A DNA stretch of 63,616 nt, filler included, from Octopus bimaculoides (lineage: Eukaryota), in the NCBI RefSeq assembly GCF_001194135.2. It is 5 parts of 5 records of this genome, joined end to end, with 100 filler letters (N's around TTAATTAATTAA, not from the genome) between each part and the next. Parts side by side here need not be neighbours in the genome. Positions count along the whole stretch, not along the records: positions 1 to 25,046 come from NC_068983.1; 4 more parts are not named here. One strand, 5' to 3'. The notes beneath the pieces were generated by a model that searched no databases, was not told the DNA's origin, and saw nothing but the letters and a program-made list of their open reading frames with translations. Shown here one piece after another: positions 11,803 through 24,417 of the stretch (its first letter is position 1; the number at the start of each line of letters is the position of its first letter). The position numbers and the translations under genes were made by a program.

Positions 11803-12521
11803 TATTTTCAGTTTGACTCAGGTTCGGTCTTATTCCTGGTAAGGTTTATGTGGGTAGCAGGTTTACCTTAGGTATCTACAAGCTCTCAGTAGTCTTTCAA
11901 GTGCTTAGAACCCTCCTGATAATCCTTGCTGTTTCTAAGAGACAGTCTTTTTGCAGGAGCTCTACAGGGCATTCTATTCCAGTCTCCTTCAGCCATTTGT
12001 CTATATCTTTGCTTACTGTTCCCAATGCACCAATCATTATAGGCACGATTTTGACAGTTTTTATACTCCAAATTCTCCCTATTTCAAATGTTAAGGGATT
12101 GTATTTTTATTTGTTTTCCGTCCTCTTTCTTTACGATCCTGGAATCAAATGGGCATGATGGGTCGATAAGTAAGCAACTTCGCTTTTCCTTATCGATAAT
12201 CGTCATGTCTGGCCAATTATTTTCTAATTTCTTGTCCGTTTGAATAGGAAAGTCCCACAATATCTTACATTTCTCCGACTCAAGTACTTTTTTACTCGAT
12301 GATTATACCATGTGTTTCCAACTTCAAATCCCCATTTCTGGCACAGTTTCCAATGTAAAACATTTACAACCTAGTCGTGCCTCCATTTCTTATATTCTTC
12401 GTGTGCCAACTTCGGGCATTCTACCACAATGTATGCCACTGTCTCGTTCCAAGTTTCACAGGTTCTACATTTCCGTATGTATTTTTCTCAAGTTGTTTGT
12501 TTTTATCGCTTGATCTTGGGC
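11803..12521 (-). mobile_element. R4/Dong-clade LINE 3' fragment with CCHC-type knuckle and RLE endonuclease
   Basis: CRTCETWNETVAYIVVECPKLA, KILWDFPIQTDKKLENNWPDMTIID...LIDPSCPFD and KIVPIMIGALGTV...TARIIRRVLST*. Confidence 0.88.
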
Positions 12522-13793
12522 TTGATCAAAGGAGGGGTCTTGATCTTGATCAAAGGGGAATAAATCAAAGGGGAATATATTGAAAACCCAAACGAGATAA
12601 GTAATATAGACTTTAGGGGTAGAAATTAGAATTGAATGATACAGAAGGTGGTAAATTATAACTTAGCAAATTTATAATATTAAAATGAGAAAATTTAAAC
12701 TGATATATAGAATAAGGATAGAAATTAAACTTAAAACCTAATAATGGGATACCTTAATATATAAGGAACATTATTAAGAATATTCTATAAAGACATTCTA
12801 AAATGAATGTATAACGGAATTAGATTATTATATGGGTAAAAGTACATAGAATATTTTAAAGCAACAAAAAGAACTATTCTCTTCATTACGGGTGGATAAG
12901 TATAAGATATTGTAAAATATGGTATCAAATATAAGGAGTAATTGCATTAGAGGTATACTAAATGTATAAGGGAATACATTCGGAGGCAATAGTTAAACCG
13001 ATTTGGGCATGTAAACATTTAATGAATATTGCATGTTTAAAAAAAAACACTAAAATAATGATTCCCATATCCAGTAAGTTATATAAAAAGACTTGATGAA
13101 AAAATTATTGATAAATTACAAACCCTAGGAAAGTATATAAAAGGATATACAAATGTATAAAAATATCAATATAGGTATAAAAATTTATAAAAATTTATAA
13201 TACTGTAAGCTTTATGAAGAGATTATGAACATGTATAAGAGGGTATATAAATACATAAATTCAATAATATAAAATATAAAAGATATACAAATTTTTTTAA
13301 AATCTTATAAAATATTTCTTTATAGAATGATATAAAAGGTATAACAGAGATAAAAATAAGGATAAGTCAAAATAAAATGAAGTAAAATAAGGATTCTTTC
13401 ATAAATTATGATATAAATTATATTGGTGTATTGAAAAGAATTCTTAGATATGCTATCATTACAAATACCATATAAAATAGAGCTGGGTTGTGTTGTCTAC
13501 GCTCACGTCAAGAACATTGGGTACAAATACCCCTACACGGAGTCTTGATATTCAATATTCAAATAATATTCTTGGGGTGTACAGATTATACCGAACTAGC
13601 AAGGTGCCTCAATTTAAGTACCTAATTCAACTGAATCTTAAATCGTATATATGCACGCGCGCACACACACACATATATATTGTTGTATTTCGGGTTGGTC
13701 ATTGTGTGTGTGTGGGGGGGGGGGAAATAAACACATGCACAATATATTCGTTCTCCACTTGTTTATTATTGTTCTTATTTGAACTCATATCCA

Positions 13794-13840
13794 TTGTCCG
13801 GAAATCTTTCGTCACAGATCTATGACCCCTTCAGCGACAA
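13794..13840 (-). ncRNA. degenerate minimal hammerhead-like motif
   Basis: Minus strand: UUGUCG CUGAAGG G GUCAU-agaucu-GUGAC GAAA gauu UC CGGACAA; A9 is replaced by G. Confidence 0.4.
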
Positions 13841-14658
13841 TTTGAGTCCTTGTGTGTACTGCTTTTCCGCTTAGTCCATTTACATCAGAAATCTTATATA
13901 TATTTATACACACNNNNNNNNNNNNNNNNNNNNNNNNNNNNNNNNNNNNNNNNNNNNNNNNNNNNNNNNNNNNNNNNNNNNNNNNNNNNNNNNNNNNNNN
14001 NNNNNNNNNNNNNNNNNNNNNNNNNNNNNNNNNNNNNNNNNNNNNNNNNNNNNNNNNNNNNNNNNNNNNNNNNNNNNNNNNNNNNNNNNNNNNNNNNNNN
14101 NNNNNNNNNNNNNNNNNNNNNNNNNNNNNNNNNNNNNNNNNNNNNNNNNNNNNNNNNNNNNNNNNNNNNNNNNNNNNNNNNNNNNNNNNNNNNNNNNNNN
14201 NNNNNNNNNNNNNNNNNNNNNNNNNNNNNNNNNNNNNNNNNNNNNTATATATATATATATATATATGTGCATCTAGAAGTAAATGTAAGGATAAACTAAT
14301 TAGATCTATATATAAAGTATATTAAATACATGAAATGCAAAAAATGTATATATGTATACATATAAAAAGGTCCAACTTACTCAGATTATAAGTGATATAA
14401 AGAATTAAAAGGGTGGAAGAAAAGTATGACAAATTCGACAGATGTTTCTGGGGGATCGGCTGTCCATAATAATGTCTGTAGATTGATTCCATCATTGGAA
14501 GATACGAGCTTCCGTCTTCAGTGAAAAAATTTTACATTTGAGATGTTAAAGGAGAGAAGTTCAAAGATGGAATGATTAAATATATATGTCTGTGTGTATA
14601 TGTGTGTGTATGTATGTATGTATATATATCTGTGTGTGTGTGTGTGTGTATACACATA

Positions 14659-15061
14659 TACTCTTTTATTCTTTTACTTGTTTCAGTCTATTGACTGCGG
14701 CCATGCTGGAGCACCGCCTTTAGTCGAGCAAAGCAATCAGGACTTATTCTTTATAAGGCTAGTATTTATTCTATCGGTCATTTTTGCCGAACCGCTAAGT
14801 TACGGGGACGTAGACACACCACCATCGGTTGTCAAGCGATGTTGGGGGACAAACATATACACACACATACATATATATCTGTATATATACATATATACGA
14901 CGGGCTTTTTTCAGTATCCGTCTACCAAATCCACTCACAAGGCTTTGGTCGGCCCGAGGCTATAGTAGAAGACACTTGCCCAAGGTACCACGCAGTGGGA
15001 CTGAACCCGAAACCATGTGGTTGGTAAGCAAGCTACTTACCACACAGCTACTCTTGCGCCT
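14659..15061 (-). mobile_element. family A SINE, full length
   Basis: Near-identical to 6331-6741. Confidence 0.92.
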
Positions 15062-15063
15062 AT

Positions 15064-15108
<45 letters not shown>

Positions 15109-15707
15109 NNNNNNNNNNNNNNNNNNNNNNNNNNNNNNNNNNNNNNNNNNNNNNNNNNNNNNNNNNNNNNNNNNNNNNNNNNNNNNNNNNNNNNNNTATA
15201 TATATATATATATATATATGTGCGTGCGTGTGTGTGTATTGTTGTGGAAGGCTCCTGATCACTTCCACGTGACCAAAAATGGACTGATGCATTTCAATAA
15301 AGTAAAGAAACAGTTTGAACTGTCAAAAGTTGACAGTAGTATTTGACAGTAACAGCGTTGATCGTTCGTGTTGGGTTACTGTGTTAGTTTAATATCGTAT
15401 CTACATTTGGCATAGTACGGAGCCCATTGTGCGAATGGTTATTCTAGATAACCATATTCAAATATTTATTTGAATAATACTATTCCAATACCCTTATGCA
15501 CAGTCCAACGTAGTCATAACATTATTGGTGACGGGATATTCAGACTCACTTCATAACATGTACGTATATATCCAAAAATGAGAAAAAGATCAAAGGTCCC
15601 TCTCTGTTTACCGACATATTTTGCAAAGTATATATGTGTGTGTGTACGTACGTGCGTTTGTGTTGTGAGTGTGTGTGCGCGCGCGTGTGCGTGTGTGTGT
15701 GTGTGTA

Positions 15708-15780
<73 letters not shown>

Positions 15781-16689
15781 ATAATATGTGACAATTATTC
15801 GATACCGAATAATTGTCACATATTATATTTACAGATAAATTCCTCTATTTACATAATATCGAGGTCTCTTTCATTCTTTTGTTGTCTTACCATTTCCATC
15901 AATATATATATATATATGTATATATATACAAAAGATAAGAAAACAAAGAAAATTGTTTAACACATCTTTAATGATTCGTTACAATTGTTTTTGTGTCAAA
16001 TCTATAAGCAATGCCAGTTTACGCATTCCAAATGAAAATTTGCGTAATATTTGCAGTTTTAGACATTACAGATGCACTTTATCAAACTTGAGACTTGCAT
16101 CAAATGTGTACGTATATATACAGTCACGCCTATATTTGATATCTCCTCCAATTTCGAAATACAAAATTAAGTTTCAAATTATTGTTCATACATTTCGATG
16201 AATTCATCTTGACACGATGTAGTCATTGATTCTGTTTTAGCTTTGTCTAGCCTCAGGCCAGCAGTGATAATTCAACCTCTAACCATCTTGTCTGTTTTTG
16301 TTCACTCAATGTACATGCTACTACATTATCTAAGGATGATTTCTTTAACTTTACGTCAAATAGGATAGATCAGAAATATAATAGAAGGCTGTGACCATCT
16401 GTTTTCCCAGGATTATGTAGGACGACGTTACCCTTCTCCTTCGCTTATTTTAGAGGTAGGGTCCAATTTGATGGAGAATTTGTTTCATATTTGATGCAGA
16501 TCGAGTGGCCGCATCGAGGCCCCTCCTTGTCTCGAAGGAGTTCTTATATTGTGGTCGCTTTTATAGTAAAAACAAAAACCCTATTATAATATGACGGTGT
16601 CAGTTACAAGGCTCATTGTGCCTTCTTCAATAGAGGTTGTCTTTGAACACAGCTTTCATTCCTCTGAGATAACTAAAATTTAGAAGTAG

Positions 16690-16917
16690 TATAGCTTCTA
16701 ATTTAAGCACGAAGTGGGCAGTTTTGTGGAAGGGATGTGGTTGATACTTTATTTAATCGATCCTGAAAGGTGAAAGGCAAAGCTGACCTTAGCCGGATAG
16801 GATTCAGAACGAACAGAGTCGGTTAAATATAGCAAAGCGCTCATCTCGATGACCCTGCTAGTTCGAGGGTTGAGAACGTGCTAGCTCGCTCTTTCGACCC
16901 TGCCAGTTCGCTGCCTT
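16690..16917 (-). mobile_element. family B SINE, diverged
   Basis: ATCGATCCTGAAAGGTGAAAGGCAAAG central domain and CTGCCAGTTCGCTGCCTT head (reverse strand). Confidence 0.6.
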
Positions 16918-16945
16918 GTGAACCAGTATAATGAATTTAATTAAC

Positions 16946-17365
16946 CAGTCTTACTCGTGTTGATGGTTAGCTCACCTTTGATTTCGGAATTTTTATCTCA
17001 CAATAGTCGAGGGAGTAATGCCTAGTATAGCAGTCAGAAAGATGCAATAAGTTTTACAATGTTTAATCTGTTGCATCTTGTAAAGACGTAGATCAAAATG
17101 ACTATAGATGGCGCGAAGGAAGTCTGTTTGAGATATGCTCTTGAAGAATGTACCAGCCATACAGAAAACGCTTCGCTCTTGCAGACTGTGACCATTTTCA
17201 TAGCTTAATTAGCCATTAGGAAGGCAACAAATCTGACATTAGAATTGCCAAGGATAGATAATGGTTCATGGTATAAGATCATAACTGATTTCAGGGATGT
17301 GGCCGTCGTATAATTTTTTTTCTTATGTTTCTATGATTATTGTTAATTTTAATGTGTAAACGACT
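16946..17365 (+). mobile_element. 5'-truncated retroposon insertion (RTE-like 3' end) with a 15-bp TSD
   Basis: Perfect direct repeat ATGAATTTAATTAAC at 16931-16945 and 17366-17380; internal IRIAKDR..W remnant resembles an RTE C-terminus (weak). Confidence 0.45.
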
Positions 17366-18704
17366 ATGAATTTAATTAACTTTGGTGATGTTTGAACTTG
17401 AAGCTTGAGGCTCTTTCACTCCCTGTCGCAAGAAGCACGGTAGTAACGAGAAGGCAATTCTTTGCACTCAAGTGTACTCTTTTCTCTTGAGGCACGTCTG
17501 TTCACTTCCCGGAAGAAAGATATTGGATGAAGTGAATTTATCTGTAACCTATCCAGTTTCTTGGTCACAAAGATTTTACAAATACCACTGTTTTACGCAA
17601 GCTGAGAAGCCAATTATTAATATCTTTTATTCCAATTGCCCTGCTTAAGAACAAAGAATTCTGATAAATGTTTGTCATATATTGTTCAGAATTACATATT
17701 CGTCATTTCTAGCTTTGGACACAAACATATGCAAAGTGAACAAAGCCAGACAACACTACTTTAGCTTGGGGATTTACAGATTGTCATGTGTGTGTACAAG
17801 CGTGGCTGTCTGTATTTATAAGTGCGTCTGCTTTGTATGTTGTGCTCATATCGGAATTTATTTAAAAAGAGCTCAAAAAGTAAAAAAAGAACAATTGAAA
17901 GACAACAACACAAAAAGATTTTGTCGTCTGAAGAAATGTTTATATTCATGTGAACATTTTGTGTATATCTGTATTTTACGTTGATACTGAACGCATTGTA
18001 TTTTTTTTATTTTGACTTGTTGGGTCTGGAGAAAAGGAATAGTCCCCATGACCTTAGCATACCCTCCGAAACTTTGATATTGATGTCGTTAATGTTCTTT
18101 TTTAACCATTGAAAATCAACAGCAACAGGAAAGATATTAGCAGGATGAGATGTCTGGATAGCCGACTTTCTCGGGAGGAAGGTCTGGTCGTAGGATTGAT
18201 GTGAAGCCCAGGCTTTCGGGGTCGATAAAATAAGTACCATTTGATTACTGGGGTCGATCTGATTGATTTACTCCTCCCCTGAAATTGCTTTTCTTGTGCC
18301 AAAATTTGAATGTCATACACATACATACGCTTTTTTCATGAGTGTGTATGTGTCTATGTTCATGTATGATCACACGCGCACATACACACATATTAATTTA
18401 CTCACACAGATATACATTCATGTAAATCACCATTATTTTTAGCCCTAGGTAATGCAACTCGATTACAAGTCAATATGGACACATATAAACGTTCACCGGT
18501 GTGCTCGTGTGCTCGTATGTGTGTGTGCGTGCGTGTGTGTACTTTATCGTTTTAATATTGGATTTTTAGACAATTTAAAGTTATTTTATTTTTCTTTTGT
18601 TTGCCGTTATAGGGTTTAAACAAATCTTGTGAATTCAGCTATTATTTTATCTCATTATTCTTTTCTTTTCATCAATAGGGTCTAAACGCTCCTTGTGAAA
18701 AGCA

Positions 18705-19492
18705 ATGAAAGAAAATATGGATATGACAGCTGGTGGTGAATTGAATGGAATCCAGCCAAGCCAAACTGGCAACGTAACAAATCCTCCAAATGATGGTTTG
18801 GTCAAAACTCACAACACAATGGTGAGCATTCAGCCGGAACGAGGTAATCAGGCGGGTGCTGGATGTTACGTCACTAGGCTACAGGTCGGTTTGTTTCTAT
18901 TCCTGATCCTACTGACAACTATTTTCATTGCTCTTATAGCTGCTTTCGTTGGAAGAAACACGCGCTGCGATTGCCAAAATTCTCAACAGAATGCTTCTAT
19001 TAACAGAGACAATAAGAATAGTCAGGAAAATACGATAGCCGGAAAATTTGGCGAGAATGAATCAGGCAAGAATGAGTCAGGCCACAAAGGAGGAAATAAA
19101 TTATGGAACAGACTACGTTTACCGAGAAGCTTGATCCCTTCTCACTACTCCCTTGAATTAAAGGTTGATATGGATGCGTTTATATTCACTGGTAAAGTAA
19201 ATATCACAATTCATGTCGATCAGCCGACACACTATGTAATATTCCACACAAAAGAACTCGATGTTGACAAAAAAGCTGTTTCTGTTCACCTAAATGGAAA
19301 TATTTCCGACACTGTTCCCATCGGTAAACAGTTCTACGTCAAAGACAATAAATATCAAGTCTTGGATTTGAATCAGAACTTAAAAGAAGGAAAAGATTAT
19401 GTAATAAGCATCGGTAATTTTTGGGGTAAAATAGCCCCTGACTTGAAAGGCCTTTATAAGGGATCCTATGTAACAAAAAGTGGTGAAATAAG
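18705..19492 (+). CDS. first coding exon of a type II membrane M1-family aminopeptidase (aminopeptidase N / glutamyl aminopeptidase-like)
   Basis: Intact 263-codon frame with a cytoplasmic tail, TM anchor VGLFLFLILLTTIFIALIAAFV, a stalk, then WNRLRLPRSLIPSHYSLEL, FTGKVNITI and GLYKGSYVTKSGEIR. In-frame TGA upstream at 18696; acceptor AG at 18677-18678; donor AG|GTAAGC after 19492, where M1 aminopeptidase genes commonly have their first coding intron. Confidence 0.92.
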
Positions 19493-20169
19493 GTAAGCAA
19501 ATCGTTTAATTACACTATTGTTTTACGATTTTTCAACCCATTCTCTTTTTTATATTTTAACAAAAATAATTATCTGAAAATATCTCATGAAAAAATTCTT
19601 TATGCCAATTTTGGTACTGTAGCAGAAGAAAAGAGTTTTTAAAAAATGGAATATCATTTATTGAATATATAGACTTTCAGGGGAAAAGGATATACTGAAT
19701 GCCATACGTAAAAAAAAAAAATAATAAAATAAAGTAAAAAAATTAAAATTTTTTTTGAATTGAATGAAATTTCCCTTTTCAGTCGGAGAAAGAAAACAGA
19801 TGCCAGGCAACAACTGTAATATATCAACAACTCTCGTGCGTTGATACATTATCCAATATTAATAACACAAGTGAGAAGACTTGAACTAGGAGTTCAAAAT
19901 AGGTGACTTTTAGAAACAAGATCTGAACGATAATGCTGTCAACTAATAAAAAAAAAATGCAATAATTATAATAATCACAGCCACAATAACGGATTTTTAC
20001 TTTGACACATTTTAAGGGAGGCGGAATAGTCGATCGATTAATACCGCAATACATTATTGGTTCTTATTTTATCGATGTAAAAAGGCTAAAAGTTTAAGTC
20101 AAGGGTGATGCGATCAAATAAGTACTATCATTCAAGTAATTATAACAATGATTTATAACATATCACACG

Positions 20170-21185
20170 ATCGTAACTTTTAGGAGTTGCACCTCTTCTA
20201 CTCGGGCCCATCGAACAGCCTTCGTTACTTCGTGTCTCAGGGCACTCACCTTAGTTCTGACAGGGGAACCTTCATGCTCCCTGTTAAAGAATTAGTTGGG
20301 GGCCAATCTCACCGCAAATACGTCGGTTGTGCTGCCTTTCCAAAACACCTGTTATAAATTTCTTACCAGATCTCTTTAATCTAGTTTTCTTTATCGCTAG
20401 TCCTTTACTAAACAATATCAATTCTTTTCTAATTGCTTTTTTATAGGTGAAGCAATTTTTGTTGTTGGCCATTTCTCTTATCAACATCTGCTTAACTATT
20501 TTAATCTAGTCCCTACAAGCTTTGCGCGCCAGTAATGACGTTTCCGGATTCCAGTAACCGTGTCTTTGCTTATCAAACTTATCTCGGTTGTAGTCTGTTT
20601 ATGTGATGATGATAGATTGCGATCAACCTATGCTATACATATCTACTGGCCTACAGAATACTCTATCTAGATACCATTTGGATGATCTAACACATTTTGT
20701 CCAAGCCACATTAGTACAGTCATAAAATTCAGTCAGTAACTGTCAAACAAATGGAAACATCTCAATAGATTTATGAGACTTTTGCAATCCCTTCTCTTAT
20801 CAGCTAACCATCACTAAGTCCCATCTAGCATCCAAAATGCTGTTCCAATGAACCACTAGTACTAAATAGAGAGACGTTCTCAAGGCGCACTTTAAACGCT
20901 TAAGAAAATCTACACCCTTCCCACTACCCTTATTGGGGCATAGATATGAACTAGTCGAGAGGTATAGTCTTTGCTATTAATCACATTCAGAACAACCGAC
21001 TTAACCTCTGGATCCAGGAAGATTATTCATATTGTGAGATCCAGACCTTTCTGAAACAACGACTCGGCCTCCCGATCTCGGTCGACTTGGAGATGCGTAC
21101 ATTTCGTCTAAGCTGGGCACGAAGGATCGCACATGGGAAATTGTGGTCTCACTGATGGACACTATATCTAAGACTACTAACCTGC
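20170..21185 (-). mobile_element. L1/Tx1-like LINE, APE endonuclease and linker fragment, decayed
   Basis: Remnants DIVSISET, LDPEVKSVVL, RLVHIYAP, YLDRVF, GYW...SLL, KKAIRKE and FFNREHEG..VRTK. Confidence 0.65.
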
Positions 21186-21619
21186 TTCTGAGGTGAACCT
21201 ACATCATATTCATAATATTCTAAGTAAGACAATGGATCAAAGACGAAAATAAGAGGGACCACTTATCTTATTCATGTGAAAAACAGACGATCCGCCCTTC
21301 TAACTAATTTTGGATGTTTCTACTTTTAAAGTTTTGTAAATTCTTTTGTTTAATGTCCTGCGGAAAACTTCTCGATCGGGGTTTTGTTTTTAGTTTGCTA
21401 TAATTTTCTTATGTTGATTTTAGGATCTGTTTAGTCCTCGCTGTGTTATTTGCTGGCGTGATTAAATGAAGGCTTGTAATGTCTCTGTGTTGATGTATAT
21501 GATTTATTAGGTCTTTGTAATTTGTATCTATGGCCGTGCAGTTTGTTTCTTAGCGAATGATGTTCTTGTTTGTGCGTGTAGGCATTATATTGTAGTTGTA
21601 TTTATAGTGCTCATGGAGT

Positions 21620-21790
21620 CTGTGGTGGTGGAAGGTGGTGGTGTTGGCGGCGGCGGTGGTGGTGGTGGTGGTCGTCGTCGTCTTCGGCGTCGTCGTTGTT
21701 GTAATCATCGTCGTCGTCGTGGCAGCGGTGGTGAGAGGGTCGGTGGTGGTGTTGGTGTTGGTGATGGTGGCGTGTTGATAGTATTGGTAG
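21620..21790. repeat. compound (GGT)n/(CGT)n tract
   Basis: Direct reading. Confidence 0.85.
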
Positions 21791-21849
21791 TGTTGTCTCT
21801 AGAGATGGTGTTGCTGTATCATAGTTTGAATACATCCCTCCAGCGTTTT

Positions 21850-22157
21850 TGTTGGTATAAAGTGTTTCTATTGTCCCTAAATTTCTTCCATATGCTGTCA
21901 GTTTCGTCCTCCACTTGGCCATACTTTTTCCCAAGAAATCGCTCAACATTCGATGCAATACTAAATAGGTTCATACAATCTATAATCGAAGAATGTGGCA
22001 TCATATCGTACGCCTTACGATAATCGATCGATGACATGGCTAAGTTAGTTTTCCTTCTCTTGCAGTCTCTAAGTACAGTTTTGTCTACCAGGAGTTGATT
22101 CTTGGTACTTGTGCACTTACGCTTGCACCCCTTCTGTTCATGCGGCAGGATTCCTAT
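21850..22157 (-). mobile_element. R4/Dong-clade LINE RT fragment
   Basis: [12 protein letters not shown]...[36 protein letters not shown]; starts directly after (TAA)n. Confidence 0.88.
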
Positions 22158-22186
22158 TGTTATTATTATTGTTATTATCATTATTA

Positions 22187-22240
<54 letters not shown>

Positions 22241-22241
<1 letters not shown>

Positions 22242-22791
22242 TGAGTGAGAGAGCAGTGCATGCCATCAAATTGACACTGGATTGAAATATACGAAGCCCA
22301 ATATACCCATCAGGACTACCCGTTTGATAGGGTACACTAGGCATATGCATCACAACCATATGAGCACGACATGGTGATTTCATATCCAGATAAACAGCAC
22401 ATGGCCTTGCAGGTGGGGGCCCAGGTAGAATTTTTTCAGGTCGAGTAGCTCATCCCGCTCACAAGGTCCCTGAATAAGGTTTGTTTAAGGATGTTGAACG
22501 AAACACATATGTTTCCAGAAGTGAATTATTGAAACCCCAAAGAATTTCTCTCGACACATGGCTATGATGCTTCCTCACTACTTCTGCTCGTGCTCAGAGA
22601 TGCACAAAATGTCAGCCACTAAGGGACATGCTCAACTTGTTATGGTCAAACAACTGACAAGTAAATCTGTGGTATTGAGCAGAATATTTACTGTAGCCCA
22701 TCTTTTATACCAAGACAAAACATATACATAACACCTCCAGTCAGTTAAGATCAGAAGCCATGACAGCCAGTGCCTGGTACTGCGTCAGGAC
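22241..22791 (-). mobile_element. family C (TAA)n-tailed element, ~550 bp
   Basis: Flanked by (TAA)n on both sides; homologous to 11531-11795; no recognisable ORF. Confidence 0.7.
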
Positions 22792-22799
22792 TATTATTA

Positions 22800-22922
22800 T
22801 TGTTGTTGTTTTACTTCTCTGAGCTCTCAGTCTTGTTTGCTTTGGTTGATTCTGTGAGAGCAGACAGCAGCCTGTTGTCAGATGTATCACAGGGTCTCTT
22901 TCTGCACATTATAAGCTTTGGT
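22800..22922 (-). mobile_element. Dong-family 3' UTR tip
   Basis: GTTTTACTTCTCTGAGCTCTC...GATTCTGTGAGAG...CCTGTTGTCAGA matches 4261-4380; (AAC/AAT)n tail. Confidence 0.75.
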
Positions 22923-22924
22923 AA

Positions 22925-23200
22925 TTGGTTGGGTGAAAGTTGTGAAAATGGCCAGAGTGGATGGTACCAATCTAGGTGTAGACTTGTGAGTTGGGGAGAA
23001 GGAATTGGAGATGGAACTTGCTCTTGGAGTTTCAGGGAAATCTCGGACAGTGGGGTTCTTCGATTATCCCAAGAGGCGTTTCTGTATCAGATGGACCACA
23101 TCTTTATCTCATCCGAGTTCATTCGCCCTTAGACAAGTCTTACTTTTTCTTCTGCGGGGTGAGAAAATAGCAAGAAAAACATCCTTTTCACATAGCTAGC
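22925..23200 (+). mobile_element. possible Tx1-like LINE extreme 3' end
   Basis: WVKVVKMARVDGTNLGVDL* resembles the end of the 8190-9215 element (KWMRDVSMVPMNGSALSVRF), followed by a similar UTR. Confidence 0.35.
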
Positions 23201-24249
23201 TCTGTGGCGTTGCCGGTTTAATCGCCGACGGTCCGACACTTGTGATTCAACTTCACGACTTTAATAATGGTGGTGGTGGTGGTGGTGGTGGATAGGCGGG
23301 TGTCCCGTACCTGAGTAAATAAAATACGCGGGCACATGTAGTGAAAAGAAAGAAAAAAAGAAAGCCTTTTAAAAAAGGCGTGGAGAAAAGAGAGAGAGAA
23401 AGAAAGATGGTACGAGAGCATGTGTACTTCAGCGTGGGAAATTGTAATGGAAGGGGTGGTTTGGTTGGTCGCATTAGTTTCAAGCACAGGTGACGAATTA
23501 TGTTGCTGAATGACACGTTACGCTTTAGTGTTTTAGAGAGAGGAGGACTTGGAGTGAGTGAGAGATGGAATGAGAGTACCGGAGAGGGAGGGAGAGGGAG
23601 AGAGAGAGAGAAGAGGGTGGGTGAGGGTGAAAGAACGGAAAGGGCAGTGAGTGAGATACCAGATAGTTAGCTGATGCATTACGCTGTCACTCAAGTAGTT
23701 ACTGGAAATGAAAAGTGAAGAAAAAGCGAAAGAGGGAGATGTTAACGACACGCTGAGGGAAAGTACATGGTTACAAAGTTAGATGAAATAAGAGCTAAAA
23801 GAGAGAAAGAGAGAGAGGAAAAAACAGAAGGATAGAGAATATTTAGGAGAGGAAAATTTTAAAATCCCATAATATATTATTGTGACTGGAAGTAAAATAA
23901 CTTAACAAAATAGCTATGGATGTACTTTTTTAAAATTTGCAATGGAATTGAAACTAAGGTAAATAAAATCATTGTGTATATTCTTTGTATCGTTCTGTAG
24001 ATATTAATTGCATATACTGTAACGTAATTGTGATCAAATATTGCCTAATAAGGGATATGCAATTATATATTGCTCTGCGGTTTGAATAGACATGAATACT
24101 AACGAAGTATTGTATAGATTGTTATTGTAAATTTTTGCATCATTTATTGCTCATTTAACAATTAGGCTTATATAAATAGCTTCTCTTAATATTTTCTCTT
24201 TCCGTAGAATTTCCTTGGGTCCCGATAGTATACACACATACATATATAT

Positions 24250-24280
24250 GTGTGTGTGTGTGTGTATGTATGTGTGTGTT

Positions 24281-24312
<32 letters not shown>

Positions 24313-24417
24313 TAGACAGAGACAGACAGACAGATAGACAGAGACAGACAGACAGATAGACAGAGACAGACAGACAGATAGACAGAGACAGACAGACAGA
24401 TAGACAGAGACAGACAG
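24250..24417. repeat. (TG)n/(AG)n plus a GACA/GATA-based minisatellite
   Basis: Direct reading. Confidence 0.9.

Noticed and set aside
22800-23255. Possible novel SINE (unique head plus Dong 3' tail)
   Set aside because: There are no Pol III boxes. The 'head' reads better as an opposite-strand Tx1-like 3' end abutting a short Dong tip.
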